Source: an uncultured bacterium (lineage in GTDB: Bacteria; Pseudomonadota; Alphaproteobacteria; Caulobacterales; Hyphomonadaceae). Taken from it: a stretch of DNA of 64,000 nucleotides. Where the stretch lies: NCBI GenBank assembly GCA_942493305.1, contig OW818686.1, positions 2,441,911-2,505,910 on the forward strand. Reading direction: 5' to 3'. Below are positions 36,360-45,893 of the stretch, piece after piece (positions within the stretch are counted from its first letter, which is position 1; every line of letters begins with the position of its first letter). The position numbers and the translations under genes are program-made. The notes under the pieces were generated by a model. That model did not search any database. It was not told the origin of the DNA and saw nothing but the letters and a program-made list of their open reading frames with translations.

Positions 36360-37610
36360 TCAGTCGATGCGTACGGCAAGGGTTTCGAGGCCCCGAAAAC
36401 CGGGAAGGCGTCGCCAGTGGGGCGCAGTTTCGGGTTGTGCGAGGCGGAGGCGGGGGAGGTCCGAGAACAGGCGGGGGAGGAGGTGTCTGGCTTCCATGCG
36501 CGCCAGCGGTGCGCCGGGGCAGATGTGGGCGCCTCCGCCAAAGGCTAGGTGGCGCGAAGCGCGGCGGCGTGTGACGTCGAAGGCGTGCGCTTCCGGGAAG
36601 GCTGACTCATCGCGATTGGCGGAGCGGATGAAAATGTTCAGGGCGCCGCCCGCAGCGACGGGACAGCCGGACAGGCTCTCCGGCTGGGTGGCGATGCGCC
36701 AGGTGAAGTCGACCGGCGGCTCGCGTCGTAATACCTCCTCCACGGCATTCGGCCAGAGGGACGGCGTGGCGTGCAGTCGTGCGAGTTGGTCGGGATGGGT
36801 CAGCAGAAGGTGGACGGCGTTGCCGATCAGGTCGGTAGTGGTGACGTTGCCGGCGATCAGCAGGCCGCGGATGTTGTAGGTGATTTCGGTGTCGCTCAGC
36901 GGTGCGCCCGCGGCTTGTAGCCGGGCCATGTCGCCGAAGAGATCATCGGGCGGGTTGATCTTCGCGTCAGCAAAGCGCCCGCGAATATAGTGGGCGAGGC
37001 CGTTGGAGGCGGCAACGAGATTGGCGACATCTTCCGGCGTACGATCGGGATTGAAAGTCTGCACGATGCCGTCGAGCCATTGCCGGAAGGTCGCGAGGGT
37101 GTCCTGCGGTACGCCAAGGATGGCGCCTATGCAGGCGACGGGAACCGGCTCGGCCAGCTCCTTCATCAGGTCGAACTCGGCGCGGCCTTCCAGGCGATCC
37201 AGCGCCGCATTGATGATACGGATGCATTCCGGTTCAAAGCGGGCGATACGGGCATAAAGCGCCTGCACCAGCGGACCGCGCACGCGGGCATGTTCCGCGT
37301 CATCCAGCTCAAGCATTGAGGCTTTCTGATCGTCCGGGAAGGCGAGGCCATCCGGGACGGTGGCGCGGCGGCGGCGGATGGCGATAGCCGCCGGCTCCGC
37401 CCTGTCCGGGTTCTTGGCGTGGGAGTTGTCGGCGAATATCGCGCGGGCGTCAGCCATGCGCGTCACAAGCCATGCTCCGGCCGCCTCGTCGCGGTGCAGG
37501 GGGCACTGGCCGCGCAGCTCAGCAAGGCGCGGGTAGGGGTCTTCCCGCGCCTGTGGATTGGCGGCGGTCAGGTCGAGGATGCGGAACGGAGATGATCCGG
37601 TATCGGCCAT
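36360..37610 (-). CDS. cytochrome P450
   Basis: Heme-Cys loop FGGGAHICPGAPLA, the ExxR motif (EEVLRREPP), and I-helix LLIAGNVTTT. Confidence 0.9.
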   Translation of the reverse strand: MADTGSSPFRILDLTAANPQAREDPYPRLAELRGQCPLHRDEAAGAWLVTRMADARAIFADNSHAKNPDRAEPAAIAIRRRRATVPDGLAFPDDQKASMLELDDAEHARVRGPLVQALYARIARFEPECIRIINAALDRLEGRAEFDLMKELAEPVPVACIGAILGVPQDTLATFRQWLDGIVQTFNPDRTPEDVANLVAASNGLAHYIRGRFADAKINPPDDLFGDMARLQAAGAPLSDTEITYNIRGLLIAGNVTTTDLIGNAVHLLLTHPDQLARLHATPSLWPNAVEEVLRREPPVDFTWRIATQPESLSGCPVAAGGALNIFIRSANRDESAFPEAHAFDVTRRRASRHLAFGGGAHICPGAPLARMEARHLLPRLFSDLPRLRLAQPETAPHWRRLPGFRGLETLAVRID

Positions 37611-37636
37611 GTACGCGTCTCTGTCTGGATTGAGTA

Positions 37637-37659
37637 ATCAACAACCTATGGTTGTAGAT
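37637..37659. promoter_or_regulatory. palindromic candidate operator ATCAACAACC-TA-TGGTTGTAGAT
   Basis: 10/11-nt inverted arms in the divergent P450/helicase intergenic region. Confidence 0.3.
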
Positions 37660-37774
37660 TTCGGCCGTCAATCCAGGTTGCTCCGGCCCTGTGGGACGGG
37701 GTTGCGCGGAAGGCCGGCTGTTGAGAAACTCAAGGCGGGGGCCAAGCTTGGCCGGCTTGTGCTGGGAACGCCTG

Positions 37775-39709
37775 ATGGCGGTAATGATACCCGATAAAAT
37801 GCCTGCCAGCGCCACCCAGGGCGAGAAGAAGGCGTTCGCTCTTTTGCAGAAGCTGCCGGACAACTGCATCTGCTATTACGAGCCGGTTGTGGGCGAACGC
37901 TACCCCGATTTCGTGGTGATTATCCCCGAGCTGGGCGTGCTGATCATCGAAGTCAAAGGCTGGTATCGCGGCCAGGTGGAGCGGGCGGACACACGCGAAG
38001 TCATGATCCGTCAGGACGGCATCGCCAGCGTGCACAAGCATCCTGTGAGGCAGGCGCGGGACTACATGTTCGAGCTGATGAAGGCGTGCAAGGTGAGCCG
38101 CCATGCCAGCCATCTTCTCAATCATGGCGGGCAGCACGCCGGCAGGTTCGTGTTTCCATTCGGACATATGGCTCTGATGTCGAACATCACGCGCGAGCAA
38201 GTGCGGCAGGCGGATTTCGCAATCGCGCCGGGCGTCTTCGGCGAAGGCAAGATCGTGATGCGCGACGAGATGGACGCGCTGCTGGACCTGACCGCAGACA
38301 AGCTAATCGATGTGATGCGGACGTGGTTTGATCCGATCTGGAGTTTCCCACGGCTGACCAATTCTCAGGTCGATTCCATTCGTTTGATCATTCACCCCGA
38401 GATCATCATCGAAGGAACATCCCTGGCGGTGCTGGATCACAAGCAGGAAGCGCGGGCGCGATCGATCGGCCATGGGCACCGGCTGATCTATGGCATTGCC
38501 GGGTCCGGCAAGACCGTGGTCTTGCTGGCCCGGGCGCGGATGCTGGCCAAGGACCCGAAGAAACGAATACTGCTGCTGTGTTTCAACAGGGAACTGGCCC
38601 GGCGGTTTCGCGAGGATTTGCGAGACCATCCAAATGTGGACGCCATGAACTTTCATGGCTGGGCTGCGCGAAACGGCGTAACAGCCAGCGACGATTACTC
38701 ACCGGAAGCAGAAGCAGTGCGCGCGCGTACCCTGCTTGAGCTGTTTCAGTCGGGGGGCGGCGAGGCCAATCGGTATGATGCGATCCTGATTGATGAGGCG
38801 CAGGACTTCCAGCCGCTGTGGTTCACCTGTGTGCGGCAGGCATTGAAGCAGCCTGATGATGGTGATCTGCTGATTGCGCTTGATGGCGGACAAAATCTCT
38901 ACGGCCGCCAGACGTTCACGTGGAAATCGGTCGGCATTCATGCGCAGGGGCGTGTCGTTTCACGCGCCACATACGATTTCGACCGGAACTACAGGAACAC
39001 GCGGCAAATCCTGACACTCGCCGCGCCATTCGCGGCGGTCATGCAAAGCGATGACGACGATGACGCTTTGCAATCCTACCAAGTTGATCCGGGCTATGCC
39101 GCACGCGAGGGGCCGCTTCCCAAATTCTATGCTGGCGACAATCGCGACGCGGAGATTCAGGCGGTCGTCAACAGCGTGAAAGGATGGCTTGAGAAAGGCA
39201 TCCGCAACGAGACGGGCGAATTCGAAAGGCTTGCTCCAAGCGACATAGGCATTCTCTATCCGCGTTGCCCAAGCGCGCTGAAGCCTCATCTTTCATCCCT
39301 GCTCGAGCGGTTGAGCGAGCTCGCGACTGTGCGGCTTGTTTCCTCAACAGCTTCCGGGGAGGCGCGGCGGGGAACGGGTGGCGGACCGGCGCTGACCGTG
39401 GGGACCATCCACTCCGTCAAAGGCCTACAGTTCAAGGCTGTGATTATTGTGTGGACGGACCTGCTTGTCGGAGCGGGCGGGCCTGCATGGGCAAAAAACG
39501 ATCGTGCCCTGCTTTATGTCGGCCTGACGCGTGCGCAGACCTTCCTTTGCATTTCGTGGAGCAATGGAACTGCGCTCACCGCGGAAGTTGAGGCGGCAGT
39601 GGGTTTGATTGAAGATGAGAGCCGGGCAGCCAAGGCATCCGACGGCCTTGGCGAGAGTCCGAAGTCGCTAGCTGAACCTCCCGCCAAACCTTTCCGCTGG
39701 TGGCGGTAA
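37775..39709 (+). CDS. NERD (PD-(D/E)xK nuclease-like) domain fused to a UvrD/Rep-type SF1 helicase
   Basis: N-terminus ERYPDFVVIIPELGVLIIEVKGW carries the D...ExK signature. Walker A IAGSGKTVV, motif II AILIDEAQDF, and C-terminal TIHSVKGLQFKAVIIV and YVGLTRAQ. Confidence 0.85.
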   Translation: MAVMIPDKMPASATQGEKKAFALLQKLPDNCICYYEPVVGERYPDFVVIIPELGVLIIEVKGWYRGQVERADTREVMIRQDGIASVHKHPVRQARDYMFELMKACKVSRHASHLLNHGGQHAGRFVFPFGHMALMSNITREQVRQADFAIAPGVFGEGKIVMRDEMDALLDLTADKLIDVMRTWFDPIWSFPRLTNSQVDSIRLIIHPEIIIEGTSLAVLDHKQEARARSIGHGHRLIYGIAGSGKTVVLLARARMLAKDPKKRILLLCFNRELARRFREDLRDHPNVDAMNFHGWAARNGVTASDDYSPEAEAVRARTLLELFQSGGGEANRYDAILIDEAQDFQPLWFTCVRQALKQPDDGDLLIALDGGQNLYGRQTFTWKSVGIHAQGRVVSRATYDFDRNYRNTRQILTLAAPFAAVMQSDDDDDALQSYQVDPGYAAREGPLPKFYAGDNRDAEIQAVVNSVKGWLEKGIRNETGEFERLAPSDIGILYPRCPSALKPHLSSLLERLSELATVRLVSSTASGEARRGTGGGPALTVGTIHSVKGLQFKAVIIVWTDLLVGAGGPAWAKNDRALLYVGLTRAQTFLCISWSNGTALTAEVEAAVGLIEDESRAAKASDGLGESPKSLAEPPAKPFRWWR

Positions 39710-39737
39710 AGTCTGGCGGTCGGTCGTTGGAGGACGA

Positions 39738-40571
39738 CTAGAGAACGTCGAGCAGTTTGGCGACGACGGGGTGGCGGACGACGTCGACCTGGGCGAGGCG
39801 GACGACGCCTACGTCGCCGCCCATGCTTTCGATGCGGTCTGCGACCGGGGCGAGGCCGGATAGATCGGTCGCGAGATCCGACTGCTGCGGGTCTCCGGTC
39901 ACGATCATCTTGGAGTTCCAGCCGAGGCGGGTCAGCAGCATCTTGAGCTGCACATAGGTGCAGTTCTGCGCTTCATCGACGACGATGAAAGCGTTGCTGA
40001 GCGTACGGCCGCGCATGAAGCCGACCGAGGCAATCTCGATCTGGCCTTCGGCGATCATCGCCTTCACCTGTTTGGCGGCCATGCGATCCTGCAGCGCGTC
40101 GTAAAGCGGGCGCAGGTAAGGCGCGAGCTTCTCTTCCATGTCGCCCGGAAGGAAGCCGATGTTCTCGCCGGCATCGACGGCGGGGCGACAGAGCACGATG
40201 CGGCCGACCTTGCCGGCGCGCAGCGCTTCAACCGCCTTCGCGATGGCGATGTAGGTCTTGCCCGTGCCGGCCGGGCCAAGCGCGAGCACCATGTTCTGCC
40301 GGTCGATGGCCTCGATCAGGCGGGCCTGCCCTTCGGACTTGGGCATGATGTTCTTGACGTAGGCCTGGTCACGCTGCGGCTGCTGCGGTTGCTGCTGTGT
40401 CTGATGATTGTGTGACGGCTGCACCCGCTTGCGTTTTCGGGGCTGGTGATCGTCCTCCGCTATCGGGTCCCAGCCGCCTTCAATGACGCTGAGATGAACC
40501 CCGCCAGCATCGCGATCACGGCGGCCCTGGAATTCGGCGCGGACACGGCGGACGGCGGATCGTTTACCCAT
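39738..40571 (-). CDS. phoH: PhoH-family ATPase
   Basis: Walker A GPAGTGKTYIAIA, VVDEAQN and GDPQQSDL. The N-terminal extension is Gln-rich. Confidence 0.9.
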   Translation of the reverse strand: MGKRSAVRRVRAEFQGRRDRDAGGVHLSVIEGGWDPIAEDDHQPRKRKRVQPSHNHQTQQQPQQPQRDQAYVKNIMPKSEGQARLIEAIDRQNMVLALGPAGTGKTYIAIAKAVEALRAGKVGRIVLCRPAVDAGENIGFLPGDMEEKLAPYLRPLYDALQDRMAAKQVKAMIAEGQIEIASVGFMRGRTLSNAFIVVDEAQNCTYVQLKMLLTRLGWNSKMIVTGDPQQSDLATDLSGLAPVADRIESMGGDVGVVRLAQVDVVRHPVVAKLLDVL

Positions 40572-40601
40572 GGAGGTACTCCTTTGTCAGACGAGCGGTG
40601 G

Positions 40602-40645
40602 GGCAGAAACAAAAACGCCGCGAGCCAAAGAGGCGCCGCGGCGTT
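40602..40645 (-). terminator. intrinsic terminator (minus strand), 31 nt upstream of the phoH start codon
   Basis: The minus sense reads AACGCCGCG-GCGCCUCUUUGGCU-CGCGGCGUU followed by UUUGUUUCUG. Confidence 0.7.
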
Positions 40646-40822
40646 GAACGAACTGGTTGTAGAAAAATGATGGAAGTGGCGGCGGCCGCGTGCAGCGGCC
40701 TGCAGCTGGAATGGCGGATGGCGCAACCGGACGCGGTCGACTCAATCCAAATCCCCGTTTTCGAACCAGACGCAAAAACCAGCGCACGCTCGAATCAAGC
40801 TTCCCTAGGAGTAGACTAGTTC
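40602..40822 (-). ncRNA. candidate ~200-nt small RNA (or attenuated phoH leader) bounded by an EcfG-type promoter and an intrinsic terminator
   Basis: The promoter motif lies at 40829..40853 and the terminator at 40602..40645 on the same strand. No plausible ORF lies between them; track ORFs 40587..40787 and 40460..40726 look like junk. Confidence 0.3.
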
Positions 40823-40828
40823 CCCATT

Positions 40829-40853
40829 AACGGAAGTATAAAGGGTCAGTTCC
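40829..40853 (-). promoter_or_regulatory. sigma-EcfG (general stress response)-type promoter GGAAC-N16-CGTT
   Basis: The minus sense reads cgcGGAACtgaccctttatacttcCGTTaatgg, in a 410-bp intergenic region. Confidence 0.5.
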
Positions 40854-40983
40854 GCGCGGTTGCGCAGTGACATGCGATCTGCCTGTCTATGTTGCAGATT
40901 GATGACGTGGCGCCGGGCTTCGAGTCGTTTGGCGATTTTCGCAGCCCGTGGCGGGCGAAGTGCAGAAGGGAAGGATTACGTCC

Positions 40984-41508
40984 ATGGCGATCTATGAACT
41001 CGACGGGGTAAAGCCGCGGATGGAAGGGGATCACTGGATCGCCGACACCGCGAGCGTGATGGGCAATGTGATCCTGAAGCAAAATGCCAGCGTGTGGTTC
41101 AACGCCACGCTGCGCGGCGACAACGATCCGATCACGATCGGCGAGAACACGAATATCCAGGACGGCTCGGTCCTGCATACCGATGTGGGCGTGCCGCTCA
41201 CGATCGGAGCGAACTGCACGATCGGGCATATGGTGATGCTGCATGGCTGCACGATCGGCGAGAATACGCTGATCGGGATCGGCACGATCATCCTCAACGG
41301 GGCAAGGATCGGGAAGAACTGCCTGATCGGGGCGAATTCGCTGATCACCGAGGGCAAGGAGATTCCCGACGGCTCGATGGTGATGGGCGCGCCGGGCAAG
41401 GTGGTGCGAGAGCTGAACGAACAGCAGATCCAGATGATCACCGGATCGGCGCACCACTATGTCCAGAACTGGAAGCGCTATGCGCGCGGGCTGAAGAAGA
41501 TCGGCTAG
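40984..41508 (+). CDS. gamma-class carbonic anhydrase-like / hexapeptide-repeat protein (YrdA/PaaY-like)
   Basis: [11 protein letters not shown]..., [25 protein letters not shown], and left-handed beta-helix repeats. Confidence 0.9.
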   Translation: MAIYELDGVKPRMEGDHWIADTASVMGNVILKQNASVWFNATLRGDNDPITIGENTNIQDGSVLHTDVGVPLTIGANCTIGHMVMLHGCTIGENTLIGIGTIILNGARIGKNCLIGANSLITEGKEIPDGSMVMGAPGKVVRELNEQQIQMITGSAHHYVQNWKRYARGLKKIG

Positions 41509-42287
41509 ACACCGTATTCGCGCCGAAACGCGTCGAAGGGGGCGGTGGTGAAGAAGACCTGATAGGGGAAGACGCGGTGCGGCGCTGTCATGTCCAGCTC
41601 GGACAGGTTGGCGAGGAAATGGTCGCGCACGTCGGGGCGGATGTTGCCGCGGAAATCCACGAACTGGCCCCAGGTCGACATGCCGTGCAGGTAGGGCGGC
41701 CCGTTGCGCGGCGAGCGTGAGGCGGCGAACTCCGGCGGGAAGAGGCGGCGGTAGGCGTCGAGATTGTAGAGCCATGAGCCGCCATCGACGCGTTGGGCGC
41801 CGGGATATTCGTTCGCGAGCCAGCCAAACATGGCGGTGAGTTCGGCCCGGCGTTCACCCATGCGCGAAGCATGCAGCGGGCCGACTTTATCGTTGGCGAC
41901 GCGGTTGCCGAAATGAATGCGGACCATGCCTTCCGCATTTGGCGGCTCACAGGCGAAGCACCCGAACGGAAAGCGGCCTGGGAGCAATACCGTTGATCCG
42001 TCGCCCTGCGCGACGAGCGTGTGGAAGATGCGGTCTCGACGCGCGTCGTGGGCGAGGGCGTCAACGCCGGCCACCATGTCGCGCCAGATGGCAGGAGGGG
42101 TATCGCTGCCCGGTACGCCAAAACCCATGCGCCGGTAGAAGTTCGTGTAGCGCAGGAGCGCCTCGGCCAAGGGCAGGGCCGAAAGCTGGGCCACGCGCTC
42201 CGCAAAGCGGATTTGCAGGTCCACGTAATCAGGCGAAAGACAGGGCTGGGGCGTTGCGGTCTGGTCGGTCACCGATTCTGTATCCAC
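41505..42287 (-). CDS. conserved hypothetical protein (260 aa)
   Basis: Coding-like composition and a 4-nt overlap with the convergent neighbour's stop. No family recognised by eye. Confidence 0.55.
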   Translation of the reverse strand: MDTESVTDQTATPQPCLSPDYVDLQIRFAERVAQLSALPLAEALLRYTNFYRRMGFGVPGSDTPPAIWRDMVAGVDALAHDARRDRIFHTLVAQGDGSTVLLPGRFPFGCFACEPPNAEGMVRIHFGNRVANDKVGPLHASRMGERRAELTAMFGWLANEYPGAQRVDGGSWLYNLDAYRRLFPPEFAASRSPRNGPPYLHGMSTWGQFVDFRGNIRPDVRDHFLANLSELDMTAPHRVFPYQVFFTTAPFDAFRREYGV

Positions 42288-42339
42288 GCTTGAGCCCGGC
42301 CAATCTAGCGCATGGCGCGGCAGCGCCTATATCTCCGCC

Positions 42340-43314
42340 ATGGCAAAGCTGTCCGTTCTCGATCTCGCTCCCGTTGTTGAAGGCTCCACGACGCGGGAGG
42401 CGCTGCAGAACAGTCTCGATCTTGCCCGTCATGCGGAGCGGCTGGGGTACAACCGGTTCTGGCTGGCCGAGCATCACAACATGCCCGGCATCGCCAGCGC
42501 CGCGACCAGCGTGGTAATCGCGCATGTGGCGGCTGGAACCAGCACCATTCGCGTGGGGGCAGGCGGGATCATGCTGCCCAACCATGCGCCGTTGATGGTG
42601 GCGGAAGCGTTCGGAACGCTGGCCGAGCTGCATCCGGGACGGATCGACCTGGGACTGGGCCGCGCGCCGGGAACGGATCAGGCGACCATGCGGGCGTTGC
42701 GCCGGTACATGGCGGGGGCGGATACGTTTCCGCAGGATGTTCAGGAGCTGCTGGGCTGGTTCGATCCCGTGATTCCGGGGCAGACGGTGCAGGCCGTGCC
42801 GGGCACGGGGACGGATGTTGATGTCTGGATTCTCGGCTCGTCGCTGTTTGGCGCTCAGCTCGCGGCGCATCTCGGGCTGCCCTATGCGTTCGCGTCCCAC
42901 TTTGCGCCGGGCGACATGATGGATGCGATCCAGGTTTATCGCGAACGGTTCAAGCCGTCGCCGCGCCTGCAGAAGCCGTATGTGATGCTGGGTCTCAACG
43001 TGATCGCGGCGGAGACGGATGCGGATGCGAGGCTGCAGTTCACGTCGATCCAGCAGGCGTTTGCGAATCTGCGGCTGGGGCGGCCGGGCAAGATGCCGCC
43101 GCCGAAGGCTGATCTCGTGCTCGACCCGATGGTGGAGCAGGGCATTCTCTATGCCCTGTCATGCTCGGTCGTTGGCGGGCCGGAGACGGTGAAGCAGGGG
43201 ATCGCGGAGTTCGTCGCGCGCACGGGCGCGGACGAGCTGATGGTCACAGGCTCGATCTGGGATCACCAGAAGCGGCTACGGTCGTTCGAGATCGCAGCCG
43301 AGGCGATTGGCTGA
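42340..43314 (+). CDS. LLM-class (luciferase-like) flavin-dependent oxidoreductase
   Basis: [12 protein letters not shown]..., [11 protein letters not shown] and [11 protein letters not shown] are typical of the YhbW/LLM family. Confidence 0.9.
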   Translation: MAKLSVLDLAPVVEGSTTREALQNSLDLARHAERLGYNRFWLAEHHNMPGIASAATSVVIAHVAAGTSTIRVGAGGIMLPNHAPLMVAEAFGTLAELHPGRIDLGLGRAPGTDQATMRALRRYMAGADTFPQDVQELLGWFDPVIPGQTVQAVPGTGTDVDVWILGSSLFGAQLAAHLGLPYAFASHFAPGDMMDAIQVYRERFKPSPRLQKPYVMLGLNVIAAETDADARLQFTSIQQAFANLRLGRPGKMPPPKADLVLDPMVEQGILYALSCSVVGGPETVKQGIAEFVARTGADELMVTGSIWDHQKRLRSFEIAAEAIG

Positions 43315-43337
43315 CGGCAAGGCCGTCAGCTGTCACT

Positions 43338-45761
43338 TCAGGCGCGCTTGCCGCGGAATGGTTTGCCGCCCGGTTTGCCGCCGCCACCGCCGGCGCGGAA
43401 CGGCTTGTCGCCCCCGGCGCGGAATGGTTTGTCGCCGCCCGTGCGGAAAGGCTTGTCGACGTTCGAGCGGAAGGGCTTGTCGCCGGATTTCCGGAACGGC
43501 TTGCCTTCAGCACTCGCGCCGCGCGGGGCGAAGCCTTCAGGTTTCGGCCCACGGGGCTTGAAGCCTTCCGGCTTCGCGCTGCGGGGTTTGTAACCATCCG
43601 GTTTGGGACCGCGTGACTTGAAGCCTTCGGGCTTCGGTCCACGCGGCTTGAAGCCGTCTGGTTTGCGATGCTCGCGACCTTCAGCGGACTGCGGACGTTC
43701 GCGGCGCGGCGGCGCGGCTTCCGCGTCCGGCGTCCAGGTGCGCTTGGGCGGATCGGACGGTTCGTTCACGACAGGCGAGAGGTCGCCGGCGGCGCGGGCG
43801 TTGTCGCGGCGCTGTTTGCGGTTGAGGCCGCTGGGATGGACATGCGGCGGGGTCTGCTTGCCGCCATCCTGCGGCGTCAGAGCGGACATGACCGGATCGG
43901 CTGCAAGGAAGGCGTTCTCGTCTTCGCGCTGCTTGTAGCGTGTGGCGCGGGCTTCATCGCGGCCTGAGCGCTTGAACGTATCGCCGCGCGGCGGACGATC
44001 GCCAAAGTCGCGTTTTTCACGCGGCGGACGGTCGCCGAAATCACGCTTCTCGCGGGGCGGGCGGTCGGCGCGAACGCCGTCATCCCGGCGGGCGCGGGCG
44101 GGGTGGATGCTGTCGCCGGGGCCAGGAGGGGACGAAGGCTCGATGCGAACCTGCTCGTCGGGATTGTCCTTGATGGCTTGCGCGAAGGCTTCGGCGGCAT
44201 GGCCGACGATTTCGAACTTGGTCTCTTCCGCGAAAATGCGGATAGGACCGATCTCGTTGCGCGTGATGTTTCCGACGCGGCAGACCAGCGGCAGGATCCA
44301 TTTGGGATCAGCCTTGCGTTCGCGGCCGACATTCAGGCGGAACCAAACGCCATCACCGTCGGACGCAAAGCCTTTTTCCTCGCGGGTGCGCGGCATGGCG
44401 CGTTCGCGCGGCTCGCGTGCCTGGGTGTCGCGCATGCGAACGTCATCGCCCACGTCTTCAGGCTCGGGCAGGTCGGCGCGCAGGAGGCCGATCAGTGCGC
44501 CGGCGAGTTGTTCCGGCGTCACGCGCTCGGCCAGCTGTTTTGCGAGTTGCTGGTCGTCCTCGGAAACGGCGGCGCCGAGGGCGGGGTGCTCGAGCAGGCG
44601 CTGGCGGTCTTGCGCGCGGATGTCGTCGGCGCTCGGCGGGGCGCTCCAGATTGCTTCGATGTTGGCGGACTGCAGCACCATCTCGGTGCGGCGGCGCTTG
44701 CTGTGCGTGACGAGCAGGACGGAAACGCCCTTCTTGCCCGCGCGGCCCGTGCGGCCTGAGCGGTGAAGCAGCGTGGCCTTGTTGCTCGGCAGGTCAGCGT
44801 GGATGACCAGGCCGAGGTCCGGCAGGTCGAGGCCGCGAGCGGCGACGTCGGTGGCGACGCACACCTTGGCATGACCATCACGCAGGGCCTGCAGCGCGTC
44901 ATTGCGCTCGCGCTGGCCCATCTCGCCGGACATGCCGACGGCGTGGAAGCCGCGCTCGCGCAGGCTGGCGTAGAGATGACGCACGGCCTCGCGCGTGTGG
45001 CAGAACACGAGGGCGCGTCCGGCTTCGAAGTAACGCAGCACGTTGACGACGGCGTGCTCGGTGTCGCCGGGCGACACGCGCATGGCGCGGTACTCAATGT
45101 CGCCGTGGGGTTCGGTCGCGCTGGTCGTGTCGATGCGCAGGGCGTCGCGCTGGTAGTTCTTCGCCAGCATGGCGATGCCGCGTGCGATGGTGGCGGAGAA
45201 CAGCAGCGTGCGGCGCGATTCCGGCGTCGCCTTCAGCAGCGTCTCAAGTTCTTCACGGAAGCCGAGATCGAGCATCTCGTCGGCTTCGTCGAGAACGGCG
45301 ACCTGCAGCTCGGAGAGATCAAGGTAGTCCTTGTCGAGATGGTCGCACAGGCGACCCGGCGTGCCGACAACGATATGAGCGCCACGCTCAAGCTGGCGCT
45401 GTTCGTCGCGCACGCTCATGCCGCCGACGCATTGCACGATGCGGGCGCCGGTTTCGGCATAGAGCCATTCGAATTCACGGACGATCTGAAGGGCCAGTTC
45501 GCGCGTCGGCGCGATCACGAGCGCCATCGGCTGCTTTGCCGGACCAAAACGCTCGGCGCCGCGCAGCAGGGTCGACACCATGCCGAGGCCGAAAGCGACG
45601 GTTTTGCCCGAGCCGGTCTGGGCGGACACCAGCAGGTCGGCGTTGGGGCGATCCGGATTCCGGTCAGCCTCCACCACAGCAAGCTGGACTGACGTGGGCT
45701 CGGCATAGCCACGCGTGACGAGAGCGCGGTCGAGCGCAGGATGGACAGCAGGAAAGGGCAT
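43338..45761 (-). CDS. DEAD-box ATP-dependent RNA helicase with a ~330-aa repetitive basic C-terminal extension
   Basis: Motifs AQTGSGKT, PTRELA, VLDEADEM, SAT and HRSGRTGRAG. The C-terminus contains tandem peptide repeats. Confidence 0.9.
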   Translation of the reverse strand: MPFPAVHPALDRALVTRGYAEPTSVQLAVVEADRNPDRPNADLLVSAQTGSGKTVAFGLGMVSTLLRGAERFGPAKQPMALVIAPTRELALQIVREFEWLYAETGARIVQCVGGMSVRDEQRQLERGAHIVVGTPGRLCDHLDKDYLDLSELQVAVLDEADEMLDLGFREELETLLKATPESRRTLLFSATIARGIAMLAKNYQRDALRIDTTSATEPHGDIEYRAMRVSPGDTEHAVVNVLRYFEAGRALVFCHTREAVRHLYASLRERGFHAVGMSGEMGQRERNDALQALRDGHAKVCVATDVAARGLDLPDLGLVIHADLPSNKATLLHRSGRTGRAGKKGVSVLLVTHSKRRRTEMVLQSANIEAIWSAPPSADDIRAQDRQRLLEHPALGAAVSEDDQQLAKQLAERVTPEQLAGALIGLLRADLPEPEDVGDDVRMRDTQAREPRERAMPRTREEKGFASDGDGVWFRLNVGRERKADPKWILPLVCRVGNITRNEIGPIRIFAEETKFEIVGHAAEAFAQAIKDNPDEQVRIEPSSPPGPGDSIHPARARRDDGVRADRPPREKRDFGDRPPREKRDFGDRPPRGDTFKRSGRDEARATRYKQREDENAFLAADPVMSALTPQDGGKQTPPHVHPSGLNRKQRRDNARAAGDLSPVVNEPSDPPKRTWTPDAEAAPPRRERPQSAEGREHRKPDGFKPRGPKPEGFKSRGPKPDGYKPRSAKPEGFKPRGPKPEGFAPRGASAEGKPFRKSGDKPFRSNVDKPFRTGGDKPFRAGGDKPFRAGGGGGKPGGKPFRGKRA
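43355..43676. repeat. in-CDS tandem repeats: 24-bp units (DKPFRxGG, ~43395..43490) and 30-bp units (KPEGFKPRGP, ~43527..43676)
   Basis: GCGGAAnGGcTTGTCGCC recurs at 43395, 43419, 43443 and 43467. CTTGAAGCCTTCnGGCTTCGG-like units recur every 30 bp from 43527. Confidence 0.85.
43989..44070. repeat. in-CDS 33-bp tandem repeat (RPPREKRDFGD x ~2.5)
   Basis: GCGGCGGACG(A/G)TCGCC(A/G)AA(G/A)TC(G/A)CG... appears at 43989 and 44022, with a partial third unit. Confidence 0.8.
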
Positions 45762-45893
45762 TGGGGAGCTTTTCGTATCGTGGGCCGGGTGGGCGCAGTT
45801 AATTGCGCACCTGGGAGGCCGTGTCTTGGCCGCACGCCATACAGCAAACTGTGGAAAAGACCAGCCGCGAGTGTAGCCGCCGCCGGGGCAGCG

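Noticed and set aside
43355-43676. Regularly spaced 24/30-bp direct repeats, considered as a CRISPR array.
   Set aside because: The units are contiguous with no unique spacers, they are in frame within the DEAD-box helicase CDS, and they encode peptide repeats. No cas genes are present in the window.
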